From Euryarchaeota archaeon UBA605 (GTDB lineage Archaea > Thermoplasmatota > Poseidoniia > Poseidoniales > Thalassarchaeaceae), in NCBI GenBank assembly GCA_002504905.1, contig DATY01000013.1, positions 6,422 through 70,421 of the forward strand: a DNA stretch of 64,000 bases, in the 5' to 3' direction. Below, piece after piece: positions 47,659-58,000 of the stretch. Within the stretch, counting starts at the first letter, position 1. Each line of letters begins with the position of its first letter. A program made the position numbers and the translations under genes. The notes beneath the pieces are model-generated. The model searched no databases. It was not told where the DNA came from and worked only from the letters and a program-made list of their open reading frames with translations.

Positions 47659-48375
47659 TTACAATAAATCTGCTAGTTCGTCTTGAATGAACTGTACTGC
47701 CTCTAATATCTCATCTTTGTGTCTTGCACCAGTGATAACCATCTTACCACTTCCGAAGATTAGACATACTACCTTAGGGTAATCTAATCGGTAGATCAGT
47801 CCAGGGAACTGTTCAGGTTCATATTCAACTTTATCGAAAGGTAGATGGAATGTTAGATTGTTCAGATTCAACTTTCTTGGCAATGCTGCTAGAGGCTCGC
47901 CTTCTCTAATTCCTCTGATTCTTGAATCATTTGCTTCTACTTCTTCATCTGTAGCTGCTCTAATTCCTCCTCCATCTAAATCAATAACACGTGTATTATT
48001 ATCATCCATTCTGGCAGTCCCGTAATAATCTTCAGGATAGAATAGTGAGTAAGTAGCGACCATATTCTGAACTTCAATTTCTACATCTTTCAAGTCCCAT
48101 GTGTCGATGCCAGCTGCCCTTAAATCAGCGGTCATTCTTTCAATTCCAGTGTGAATATTTTGTTCATTCTTACCTCCAGTGCAAACTGCTCTACCGGATC
48201 TAAACATTAAAATTGCAAGTTTTGGATCTACTACTCTGTAAACGACACCAGGGAATTGTTCAGGTTCATATTCACAATTCAGCTGAATTGCGATATCAGG
48301 AAGATCTAGTTCTTCCGCGACTCTTGTTGATGCAACTACATTCACTACAGTTAGGCGTTCTTCGTCACTAAGCAT
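47659..48375 (-). CDS. tbp: TATA-box binding protein, with a ~57-aa insertion in the second repeat
   Basis: It has two TBP repeats, each with EYEPEQFPG (VVNVVAS...EYEPEQFPGVVYR and VQNMVAT...EYEPEQFPGLIYR). The ATG at 48375 lies 21 nt downstream of a TTTATAAA box. The ORF track extension to 48504 overlaps mvk and is rejected. Confidence 0.9.
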   Translation of the reverse strand: MLSDEERLTVVNVVASTRVAEELDLPDIAIQLNCEYEPEQFPGVVYRVVDPKLAILMFRSGRAVCTGGKNEQNIHTGIERMTADLRAAGIDTWDLKDVEIEVQNMVATYSLFYPEDYYGTARMDDNNTRVIDLDGGGIRAATDEEVEANDSRIRGIREGEPLAALPRKLNLNNLTFHLPFDKVEYEPEQFPGLIYRLDYPKVVCLIFGSGKMVITGARHKDEILEAVQFIQDELADLL

Positions 48376-48396
48376 ATCGCTCGCACTTATGTTTAC

Positions 48397-48404
48397 TTTA
48401 TAAA
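48397..48404 (-). promoter_or_regulatory. TATA-like box (TTTATAAA) upstream of tbp
   Basis: It sits in the 65-bp spacer between the mvk stop and the tbp ATG. The spacing implies a leaderless or very short-leader transcript. Confidence 0.5.
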
Positions 48405-48440
48405 GAATAGTTGTCAAGAGATGAATAAAATTTTTAAAAA

Positions 48441-49439
48441 TTATTTTTTCTTGATGTAAACGCCACTGGAACCGAATTTTGAAATTAATGGCTTTCCTCC
48501 ACATAATTCAATTTCTTGGGCGACTCTAGTAGGGTCATTTGTCAGAGCAACCATACATCCTCCACCTCCAGCTCCTGTGAGTTTGGAACCAAATGAATGT
48601 GGCCTAGTCACGGATACCATCATGTCTAGTAATTCATTACTAACTCCCAAATTCTTTAATCTTTCATGGCAACTATTCATTGCCATCCCAACAGCCTCTA
48701 AATTCCCGACTTTTAATGCAGTGAGACCCGCAATAGTGATATTCTCAATTGATTTCATTTCATCATAAAGTTGAGGATTTTGTTTCAATCTTTTAGCAAC
48801 ACCTGAAACCATTTTTCCTGTTGGAGAAGATTGCCCTGTAAAACCTAAAACTAACCAAGATTGATTGATATTTTCATGCAATTCAGCCTGATGAATTGAC
48901 CAACTCCTTTTTCCCTCAGGAGTCACTAGACTAGTATCAAAGACATGATTCAATGTGTCAATTCTTTCTCCAGAGACTACCACACATCCTCCAAGAGAAC
49001 TTGCAGCAGAGTCTGTCGGACTAGCTCTTCCTTCCTGAGTGGCTGCTTCAGCCGAATGGCCTATTTTTGATAATTTTATCAAATTTATTTCTTGTTCAGG
49101 CCTAGTAAATTGATGTAAAGCCGCTCCCATTGCATTCGAAAGAGCCGCACTAGAACCTAGTCCTGCTCCAGAAAATAAATCTGATTGAACATTTATCCTC
49201 AAAGGCTTTCCATCATAATTGAATAGATTCTTTATTATGTGTTGAATATGTGGGTGCTTGTTCGAATCAAATTTTTCAAATCCTTTAGTATTATATCTAT
49301 TATTTATCTCCCAGTACTCAGATTCTTCAATCGTAATTTCAACTCCTGAGTCTATAGAAACAGCAACAGCAGGATGCCCGTAAACAACTGCATGTTCACC
49401 AAATAAAATACACTTACCCGGTGCGAAGGCTGTTGACAT
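48441..49439 (-). CDS. mvk: Mevalonate kinase
   Basis: APGKCILFGEHAVVYGHPA, GAGLGSSAALSNA and KLTGAGGGGCMVAL are GHMP motifs in the mevalonate kinase arrangement. Confidence 0.9.
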   Translation of the reverse strand: MSTAFAPGKCILFGEHAVVYGHPAVAVSIDSGVEITIEESEYWEINNRYNTKGFEKFDSNKHPHIQHIIKNLFNYDGKPLRINVQSDLFSGAGLGSSAALSNAMGAALHQFTRPEQEINLIKLSKIGHSAEAATQEGRASPTDSAASSLGGCVVVSGERIDTLNHVFDTSLVTPEGKRSWSIHQAELHENINQSWLVLGFTGQSSPTGKMVSGVAKRLKQNPQLYDEMKSIENITIAGLTALKVGNLEAVGMAMNSCHERLKNLGVSNELLDMMVSVTRPHSFGSKLTGAGGGGCMVALTNDPTRVAQEIELCGGKPLISKFGSSGVYIKKK

Positions 49440-49559
49440 AGTCCATCGGTAGAGGGCATAGGAAATTAGTATTGGGTATGTTCTATCAATCGGTTAATTG
49501 AAAGTGCTGCTTCTCTTCCGAGGCATGATAGTCTAACGCCAAGTCGGGAGAAATGCATT

Positions 49560-51566
49560 ATGGAACACCCTTTAGAGATGCAATATGGTCCAATAGATGG
49601 ATGGATAATCCTTCTTTTAATGGGTGGTCTATCGATTTCATTTTTCCTTTATCAAGTTATTAAAGCAACTCGATTAGTTATGTTAGGCGCTCCTGATAAT
49701 CGCTTTGATTCTTGGGGCATTAGAATTAAGGAAATGTTAGTCGGTTGGTTGGGTCAGAAAAAAGTTCTCCGCGATAGAGTTGCTGGTACAATGCATGTGC
49801 TGATGTTCTGGGGATTCTTGATGTTGGGGAGTGACATGCTAGATCTTGCCAGTGCAAATTATTTTTCTGAGAATTTACTTCCTTCTGTTTTCAAAAATCC
49901 TTGGAATGGCATGGTTGAATTAGGTTATACGACTGCTTTGATCGGTGCTATGGCAGCGTTAATCAGAAGGGTGGCTTTTACGCCTGAAAAACTCAAGGGT
50001 AAGTCACAGTTAGAAGGGAACTTTATCCTTGTATTAATCTTGACCATTACTTCTACTTCATTTATCATCGAGTCTCCGGAGAACCCATCTTCAACTTGGG
50101 AACCACTTGGATTCTGGGTATCAGATAGTTTGGATTTGAGTTCTAGCGTAATTGTCGCATCATATTGGGCTCATATGTTTGCAATTTGTTGCTTTTTGGT
50201 ATTGATTCCTGTTTCTAAGCATATGCATTTAGTAATGGCTGTTCCAAATGTTTTCTTCCATGATACCAATGCTCTAGGTACGATGCGTCCTCTAGCAGTT
50301 GACGATAATGGCCAAGCAGTTCCTTTGGAAGATCTTGATATCGATTCATTTGGAGTAAGTACTTTCGATCAGTACACTTGGAGACAAATTATTGATGGCT
50401 GGTCATGTACATCATGCGCAAGATGTCAAGATGTTTGTCCTGCTTACGAATCAGGTAAGGGTCTCAATCCTATGCAAGTTATCCATGATGTAAGGAACTA
50501 TGCTAATGAGTATGCCCCTATTTTATTGAAAGGAGAGAACCCAGAGGAAACTATGCTGGCTAGGATAACTAGTGAGGCTGTATGGGCATGTACTACTTGT
50601 AATGCATGTGTTGATATTTGCCCATTATATATCGAACATGTTCCTAAGTTAACTGACTTAAGAAGAAATGCAATGATGGAGACTATGGAGTATCCTGAAG
50701 AACTCAATGTGGCTATGGGTAACTTGGAATCGGCTTCTAATCCATATGGTTTTGGTCCACATGAAAGGGCGGATTGGGCTTCTGATTTAGATGTCAAAGT
50801 AGGTCAGCCCGCTGAATATATCTATTTCGTAGGCTGTGCAGCTAGTTTTGATGAGAGAAATCAAAAAGTAGCACGCGCAACTATCTCATTAATGAAAGAA
50901 GCAGGGTTGGATGTTGGAATATTAGGGATGCAAGAAGGATGTTCAGGTGATCCAGCAAGAAGAGCAGGAAATGAATATCTTTTCCAAATGTTGGCTGAAA
51001 CTAATATAATGACTTTCCAAGAATTAGGAGTAAAGAGAATTGTAGCCTCCTGTCCACATTGTTTCCATACTTTAGGTAAAGAATATTCTGACTATGGTGC
51101 TGATGAACTCGAAGTTTTCCATCATACTGAGATAATGGCTAAGTTACAAGAAGAAGGTAAACTTCCAGATTTCGATAAGGAAGGGAAGAGTATTACTTTC
51201 CATGACCCTTGTTATTTGGGCCGTATTGGAGATATTATAGATGAACCACGGTCTGTTCTGGGTGGAGTTGATGTAGAGATTGAAAGACATGGAAAAGATT
51301 CATTCTGTTGCGGAGCAGGAGGTGCTCAAATGTGGATGGAGGAAGATTCAGATAAAAGAGTAAACAAAATTCGTGCAGAAGAAATTGCAGCCACAGGATG
51401 CGATACGGTGGCCATAGGATGTCCATTTTGTTCAGTAATGGTAAAAGATGGTCTTGATACAGTTGGTTCTGAAATGGATGTAAAAGATGTAGCGGAATTA
51501 TTATGGGAACAAATTGTGGCCAAGGACAAAGAGATTCAGTCAGCCGCTGGTTTAACAAATGAATGA
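49560..51566 (+). CDS. Membrane-bound Fe-S oxidoreductase: N-terminal NarI/DsrM-like TM domain fused to an HdrD/GlpC-like module (2x[4Fe-4S] plus CCG domains)
   Basis: It has about 5 TM helices with conserved His (GTMHVLMFWGF, YWAHM, SKHMHL). The ferredoxin motifs are CTSCARCQDVCP and CTTCNACVDICP. The Cys-rich C-terminus has CPHCFHTLG, DPCYLGR, FCCGAGG and CPFCSVM. Confidence 0.8.
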   Translation: MEHPLEMQYGPIDGWIILLLMGGLSISFFLYQVIKATRLVMLGAPDNRFDSWGIRIKEMLVGWLGQKKVLRDRVAGTMHVLMFWGFLMLGSDMLDLASANYFSENLLPSVFKNPWNGMVELGYTTALIGAMAALIRRVAFTPEKLKGKSQLEGNFILVLILTITSTSFIIESPENPSSTWEPLGFWVSDSLDLSSSVIVASYWAHMFAICCFLVLIPVSKHMHLVMAVPNVFFHDTNALGTMRPLAVDDNGQAVPLEDLDIDSFGVSTFDQYTWRQIIDGWSCTSCARCQDVCPAYESGKGLNPMQVIHDVRNYANEYAPILLKGENPEETMLARITSEAVWACTTCNACVDICPLYIEHVPKLTDLRRNAMMETMEYPEELNVAMGNLESASNPYGFGPHERADWASDLDVKVGQPAEYIYFVGCAASFDERNQKVARATISLMKEAGLDVGILGMQEGCSGDPARRAGNEYLFQMLAETNIMTFQELGVKRIVASCPHCFHTLGKEYSDYGADELEVFHHTEIMAKLQEEGKLPDFDKEGKSITFHDPCYLGRIGDIIDEPRSVLGGVDVEIERHGKDSFCCGAGGAQMWMEEDSDKRVNKIRAEEIAATGCDTVAIGCPFCSVMVKDGLDTVGSEMDVKDVAELLWEQIVAKDKEIQSAAGLTNE

Positions 51567-51996
51567 TAATTACAATATTAAACCCAATCACTCTCGTAAG
51601 AACATGAGTAATGAGTTTAGATTCCTCGGACAAACAATACCAAACCTAGCAATAATTTCAGGTTCATTCCTAATTTTATGGGGTTTAATTTCATTTTTTG
51701 CTAGTGATTCCGGTAGTTTCACTGCGTTTATTCCTTCCTTTTTTGGGGCTCCTTTACTAATTCTTGGCTATCTTTCCAATAGAGATGAATCAAAAAAACA
51801 TCATTACATGCATGCCTCAATGGTTTTTGCATTATTCTCTGTATTTGGAGGTTTAAGAATATTCCAACTTGAAGATGCGAGTAACCTTACTTTGGCATCT
51901 CATCTAGTTCTTCTTTTAGTAGGTATAATTTTCATGATTGGAGGAATATTATCTTTTAGACATGCAAGAAAACTGCGTGAATCACTCGGTGAATGA
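51559..51996 (+). CDS. Small four-TM membrane protein
   Basis: It is 145 aa and overlaps the preceding Fe-S oxidoreductase gene by 8 nt. It has four hydrophobic segments. Confidence 0.5.
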   Translation: MNDNYNIKPNHSRKNMSNEFRFLGQTIPNLAIISGSFLILWGLISFFASDSGSFTAFIPSFFGAPLLILGYLSNRDESKKHHYMHASMVFALFSVFGGLRIFQLEDASNLTLASHLVLLLVGIIFMIGGILSFRHARKLRESLGE

Positions 51997-52074
51997 ACAT
52001 ACTGGTTTGTACCGAACCTCCATAGATTCAGCGCGAGGTTCATGACTGTAATACCTTCACCAGCATTTGATTGA

Positions 52075-53505
52075 ATGACCCTGCGGCTGTATGATACCCG
52101 TTCTCGAGCTAAGAGAAAATTCAGAACTCTTGTAGAGGGTGAAGTAGGAATTTATGTTTGTGGAATTACTCCATATTCGCCAAGTCATATCGGGCATGCC
52201 CGTCAAGCAATTGCTTTTGATATCATAGTTAGATGGCTTAGAAACAGTGGATATAAGGTTAATTATATTACAAATTTTACTGATATTGACGATAAGATTA
52301 TATCAATTGCAAATGATGAAAAAGTACATTTTTTAGAAGTAGCTAATAGAAATATAGATGATTATTTTGAGGTAATGGATTTACTAAATGTTTTACCTGC
52401 TGATGCTTATCCTCGAGTCACAGAAACTATCCCAGAAATAATTTCTATGATTTCAAGATTGATAGTAAGCGAGAATGCATATGCGTCCTCAGACGGTGTT
52501 TATTTCGAGATTAATAGTGCTCCTGAAAAATATGGTCAATTAACAGGGCAAACTCTCGAAATGGTACAGGAAGGCGCAGGAGGGAGAGTAACTGAAACTG
52601 GTTCTGGAAAGAAAAATCACAGAGATTTTGCACTATGGAAATTTGCTAAAGAGGGTGAACCTTACTGGGATAGTCCATGGGGTAAGGGTAGACCGGGTTG
52701 GCATATTGAGTGTTCTGCCATGTCTCTAGAATATCTTGGAGAAAAGTTCGATATTCATGGTGGTGGTTCTGACTTGATATTTCCTCACCATGAAGCAGAA
52801 ATTTTCCAATCAGAATGTTGCCTTAATCATGAACCTGTTGTGCAGTATTGGATTCACAATGGTATGATAAATGTTGATGGAGAAAAAATGAGCAAATCAC
52901 TAGGTAATTTTTGGACTATTAGAGATGCAATATCAAAAGTTCATCCTTTAGAGTTAAGATATTGTTTGATTAACGCCCCATATAGACAACCAGTTGAATT
53001 CAATGATGTAATGCTTGAGGATTCTTCGAGTCATTATCGAAGATTAATATCGGCATATGGGGAAGGTCTTTCATTATGTGAAAAAAAGCCATGGGAAAAT
53101 TCTGAGTTCTTGAAGTCTACTAGTACTAATTTTTCTAATGGGATGAATGATGATTTTAATACTAGGGTCGCGATTGTTGAAGTACAATCCGTAGTGAAAT
53201 ATTTGAAAGAAAAAATTGATGAAAATAATTCTGAAGAAATTTCTGCGTCAGTTTCATGGCTATCATACCATGCTGGATCAATTTTAGGTTTATTGCCAAA
53301 TGATGAATCGATAATTGATGAGATCAATCAAAAAAATGCTGCTAAATCAGCTATTTCTGATATAGTAAATGACTTATTGAAACAAAGAACAATCGCTCGC
53401 GATAATAAAAACTGGCAACGAGCAGATGAAATTAGAAGTGAATTAAATGAAATGGGAGTAATAGTTGAAGACTCTCCCGATGGTCCTATTTGGAGAATAA
53501 AATAA
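52075..53505 (+). CDS. cysS: Cysteinyl-tRNA synthetase
   Basis: The class I motifs PSHIGHAR (HIGH) and KMSKSLGN are present, along with WHIECS. Confidence 0.95.
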   Translation: MTLRLYDTRSRAKRKFRTLVEGEVGIYVCGITPYSPSHIGHARQAIAFDIIVRWLRNSGYKVNYITNFTDIDDKIISIANDEKVHFLEVANRNIDDYFEVMDLLNVLPADAYPRVTETIPEIISMISRLIVSENAYASSDGVYFEINSAPEKYGQLTGQTLEMVQEGAGGRVTETGSGKKNHRDFALWKFAKEGEPYWDSPWGKGRPGWHIECSAMSLEYLGEKFDIHGGGSDLIFPHHEAEIFQSECCLNHEPVVQYWIHNGMINVDGEKMSKSLGNFWTIRDAISKVHPLELRYCLINAPYRQPVEFNDVMLEDSSSHYRRLISAYGEGLSLCEKKPWENSEFLKSTSTNFSNGMNDDFNTRVAIVEVQSVVKYLKEKIDENNSEEISASVSWLSYHAGSILGLLPNDESIIDEINQKNAAKSAISDIVNDLLKQRTIARDNKNWQRADEIRSELNEMGVIVEDSPDGPIWRIK

Positions 53506-53572
53506 TTCTTTTAATATCTAAATCTTGGACTTCGTAGCGAAGCACCGATAAGTCAAATCACCTGCGAAATAT

Positions 53573-55006
53573 GTGTCTATCCCATCCGTGGTTCAATCAA
53601 CATGTGTTGTATTGATAGTTTTTAGTACAACAATGGCGGGATGTTTGGAGGCTGTAGAGTCAATTACAGAAGCTCCTCCTGATTGGGATGAAGGCCTAAT
53701 TTATTTAGAAGAACCATTAACTCATGAAGACCCTAGGGAATTTATTTCTAGAAAAATTACGGAAATAGGTTCTGTAGAAGGTGAAGCCTATTGGGCTGTC
53801 TTTGGTAATGAGGAAGGGGGTAATTGTTGCGAACATTATCTTGCAGGCACTAAAGAAGGCTGGATAGTTAATTTTGGAGGAGAATATCCTACTTGGTCAG
53901 AAGATAGAGGGCATACATGGCAAGAGTATCAACCAACTATTTTTTCTCAACTAGGATGCTTGGAACCTAAGCCAACAATCCCTGGTCAAGAAGGACTAGG
54001 TGAGGGTAGTATAGTTCAGGCAACAAATGGTGACTTAATTTCAATGGGTTGGTTTCCATATCCAAGTTCTAGTGGAGCCGATCAATTCTATGCATTTCTC
54101 TATGACTCAGAAGATGAAGAATGGACATGGTGTTTCAATAGAACTCCTGAACCATTCTACGATAGATCTTGGCAAGTAGAAGTAATTGGCCCTATTAATG
54201 GAGGAGTTTATGGAAATGGGGAATATGCTAGTCTAGTAATTTCTAATTTCTGGCATCAGGTACAGAACGTAGGGGGTCAGATATCTACTGATGGTTTGAA
54301 TTATGATTATTTCCCATTCCCTGATAGAGATGGAAACTTAGACAGTATTGAAGTAAATCTTCTTTCATCAGATTTAGGGGTTGAATGGGACTTTACCAAA
54401 CCTCACAAAGAAATGAGAGCCTTCCCAGTTCCATCTGGTGGACTTTACTTTCCTAACTATTTCATTGATGGTACAGACGCATATTTGGACACATCACTTA
54501 ATTGGTGGTCCGCCACAAATCAAAATGGTTCATCTCTGCCTTCAGAATATTGTGCCTTTGATTCATCCAGTGCACTACATTGTGTAGTTTCTGAATCAAA
54601 TGTAATTACTCATCTTATGTCCATGGATGGTGGCGATAGTTGGAAAAATTATAGCTATGATTTGTCTTTAAATGCAAGTGCAATTGAAGAATGGGAATTC
54701 CATTCCAGTGGTATTCACGATTTATTTGTTCTAAGCGTAAGATATCAAAGCTCTTTGGGCCCTGATGTCGACATAGCATTCCACGTTCGCGATTTCTCAG
54801 TATCGCTTAATCCCGATAGACTTACTTATATCGGACAAGGAGATTTAGATTCTACATCGGGTGCTGGTGCTGATATTAGGTTCGATTTTGCTAGTATGGG
54901 AATTCTTCCAGATGGTGGATCATTTATTGCTTACCATGACTCCACAGATCCAGATCCTTTATTCGCTGTTGAATTACTTTTACCAAGTGAATATAATTCT
55001 CAGTAA
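53573..55006 (+). CDS. Secreted or lipoprotein with BNR (Asp-box) repeats, sialidase-like beta-propeller (tentative)
   Basis: It has a GTG start and a signal ending TTMAGC. The Asp-box-like motifs are SEDRGHTWQ, SMDGGDSWK and STDGLNY. Confidence 0.6.
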   Translation: MSIPSVVQSTCVVLIVFSTTMAGCLEAVESITEAPPDWDEGLIYLEEPLTHEDPREFISRKITEIGSVEGEAYWAVFGNEEGGNCCEHYLAGTKEGWIVNFGGEYPTWSEDRGHTWQEYQPTIFSQLGCLEPKPTIPGQEGLGEGSIVQATNGDLISMGWFPYPSSSGADQFYAFLYDSEDEEWTWCFNRTPEPFYDRSWQVEVIGPINGGVYGNGEYASLVISNFWHQVQNVGGQISTDGLNYDYFPFPDRDGNLDSIEVNLLSSDLGVEWDFTKPHKEMRAFPVPSGGLYFPNYFIDGTDAYLDTSLNWWSATNQNGSSLPSEYCAFDSSSALHCVVSESNVITHLMSMDGGDSWKNYSYDLSLNASAIEEWEFHSSGIHDLFVLSVRYQSSLGPDVDIAFHVRDFSVSLNPDRLTYIGQGDLDSTSGAGADIRFDFASMGILPDGGSFIAYHDSTDPDPLFAVELLLPSEYNSQ

Positions 55007-55007
55007 A

Positions 55008-58000
55008 CTAATTTATTTCATTAAGTGAAAAATAAACTCCAATACCATCTACCTCAAAATATTCTGAATCTTCAGAAATTTCTCCTTGATTTATTCCTGC
55101 TATGCCTGCTCTAGTTTCAATCTGGATGTGTGACCAGTCATTATCAAATAAATTTATTTCTGAAATCCAAACATTAAGATTAATCAAAGACTCTACATCA
55201 AGATTAATATCTTTCCTTTTTGCTTGAACATGCCTAATAATATCTCTAGCTAATCCTTTTGAAATCAATTCATCATTTAGTGACATATCTAAGACTAAAG
55301 ATACATCTCCAATTTCCTCAATTGAAATAGTTGCAGCCGCAAATTGCTCTTTTTCTACTCTCTTAATTTCTATATCATCTATAGTGATATCATATCCCTC
55401 TAGAATACAGATTTCTGCTTCAATCTCAAGCAGAATATTGTCTGGATCAGCATTTTCTAATAAATCTAATACTGCAGGTAAATCTTGTCTACATTTTTTC
55501 CCAAGGGATTTTCTATTTGGTGCTATTTCTATTTTTTGAAACCTATCAAGGTCTTCTTCTGTTGTTAGTAATTCTACATTTAGTTCTTCAGCTAAAATTT
55601 CATGGAAATCAGAAATATCAGGTCCCCCAACAATCCAGCCTGATTTACACGGTAATCTCTGTCTACGTCCTGCCTCTACTCTAACTCTTCTTCCTGATTC
55701 AGCCAGTTTCCTCACCAATGCCATTTCCTGTTCCAGTACCCAATTTTTAGGGGGCAACGTTCGATCAACTAAATTTGAACCAACTGGCCAATCAGCAAGA
55801 TGAACAGATTGTCCAGTTAAATCTCTATGAATTTGGTCTGCCATGAATGGAGAAACTGGTGCCATTAATCTACATACAGTTAGAAGTACTTCATTTAGCG
55901 TATGCTGACAAGCCCTCTTATCATTACTTTCGTCTTCATTCCAAAGCCTCCTTCTAGATCTTCTGACATACCAATTTGATAAATCGTTAATTACAAAATT
56001 CTCTAATTCTCTACCTGCTTTATGGAAATCCCATGAAATAAAGTACTCATGATAATTTTCTGATATTGTTGTTAATCTGGATAGAATCCATCTATCTAAA
56101 TGGCTCCTATCCTTTATTTCTACATAATTATCAATTTCTTCTGGATCAAAATTATCTAGAGATGCGTAATCAGAGTAGAATCGATGAACATTCCATAACG
56201 TTAGGAACATTTTTGCGTATGATTCTCTAACTCCATTTGGATCGAAGTTAGTTGGTGTCCAAGGAGCACTTTGAGTCATCATATACCACCTAACTGCATC
56301 AGAACCCTCTTTGTTAAAATGATCCCATGGATTTACTACATTTCCTCTCGACTTACTCATTTTCTTACCATCCTTGTCCAATATATGGCCTAAAGAAAGG
56401 CATCTTTTGTAAGCTACATTATCGAAAACTGTCGTCGAAACAGCAAGTAATGAATAGAACCAACCTCTTGTTTGATCTACAGCTTCACAAATATAATCTA
56501 CTGGAAATACACTCTCAAACTTTTCTTTATTTTCGAATGGATAATGCCATTGAGCAAAAGATGCACAACCTGAATCAAACCAACAATCCATTACGTAAGG
56601 CTCTCTAACCATTTCACCAGAACAATTTGGATCACTACAATTTAGTTTCACATCATCGACATAAGGTCGATGTAGTTCTGGAGGCACTGGTGAATCTTCT
56701 GTTTTCATGGATATCATTTCTTCAACGCTTCCAACACAATATTCACTATTGCACTCATTGCAAATCCAAACAGGAATCGGTGTACCCCAATATCTTTCAC
56801 GACTAATAGCCCAATCTTTGATATTAGATAGCCATTCACCCATTCTTTTTGTCCCAGTCCATTCCGGTGCCCATTCAACTTCAGAATTATGTTGAATAAT
56901 TTGATCTTTAACTGCGGTCATTTTTACGAACCAACTATCCATCGCATAATACAACAAAGGGTGATCAGTTCTCCAACAATGTGGGTAATCATGAGTATAG
57001 ATATGTTCACGGTATAGTTTCCCACCTGATTCTAGAAGGTCAATAATATCTGAATCGCATTCTTTAACATATCTTCCATCTAATTTTTCGTGGGTCCCTT
57101 TGATAAATTTACCATCCATTCCAACAGTATGTTGCGCCGGAAAACCTTCTTTCATACCCAAATTATAGTCATCTTCACCATACATTACTGCGGTATGAAC
57201 TACTCCTGTACCGTCGCTTGTAGTTACAAAATCTGCTCCAACCACTGTCCATGCATTAGAATTTCTGCCATCAACAGCACCAGGAAATAATGGTTCGTAA
57301 GATTTACCTATCAATTCAGACCCAGAAAATTCTTCTAAAACTTCCATTTTATGCCTGAGGACATTTCCTAGAAGATCTTTCGCTAGGATTAGTTCCTCGC
57401 CCAATTCAGCTCCTCCTCTTCCCTCCCAAGAGTCAGACGGTTCAGCGGTTATTTTGACCCGACAGTATACTACATCAGGGCCTACGGCTAAGCCGACATT
57501 TCCTGGTAATGTCCAAGGTGTTGTGGTCCAGGCTAAAATAGATGAATTTGAGTCACTTAGTTTAAATTTAACAAAGACCGCAGGTTCTGAAACTTCTTTG
57601 TAACCTTGAGCAACTTCATGACTAGAGTAACTTGTTCCGGTTTGAGGGCAGTAAGGTAGAACTTTATGCCCTCTAAAAAGAAGACCTTTTTCGAACATTT
57701 GTTTCAAAGACCACCATGCTGATTCAATGTAATCATCATTCAAGGTCACATATGGATCATCCATATCGACCCAGAAACCCATCCTTTCAGTCATTTCTCT
57801 CCAAGCCTGCTCATAAGTCCACACACTCTCTTTACATTTCTGATTGAATGCTTCCATCCCAAAATTTTCTATTGCTTCATTAGACATTAAATCAAGTTGT
57901 TTTTGTACCTCAATTTCAACAGGTAGACCATGAGTATCCCAACCTGCTTTCCTTTCAACAATATGTCCCTCCATTGTTTTCCATCTACATACCATATCCT

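Noticed and set aside
48376-48504. N-terminal 43-codon extension of tbp given in the ORF track, overlapping mvk
   Set aside because: The extension has no TBP similarity and overlaps the mvk 3' end by 64 nt. It also contains the TTTATAAA box, which is correctly spaced for the ATG at 48375.
52014-52041. 7-bp inverted repeat (GAACCTC...GAGGTTC, 14-nt loop) after the 4-TM gene, as a possible terminator
   Set aside because: The stem is short, the loop is large and no T-tract follows. This is too weak to annotate.
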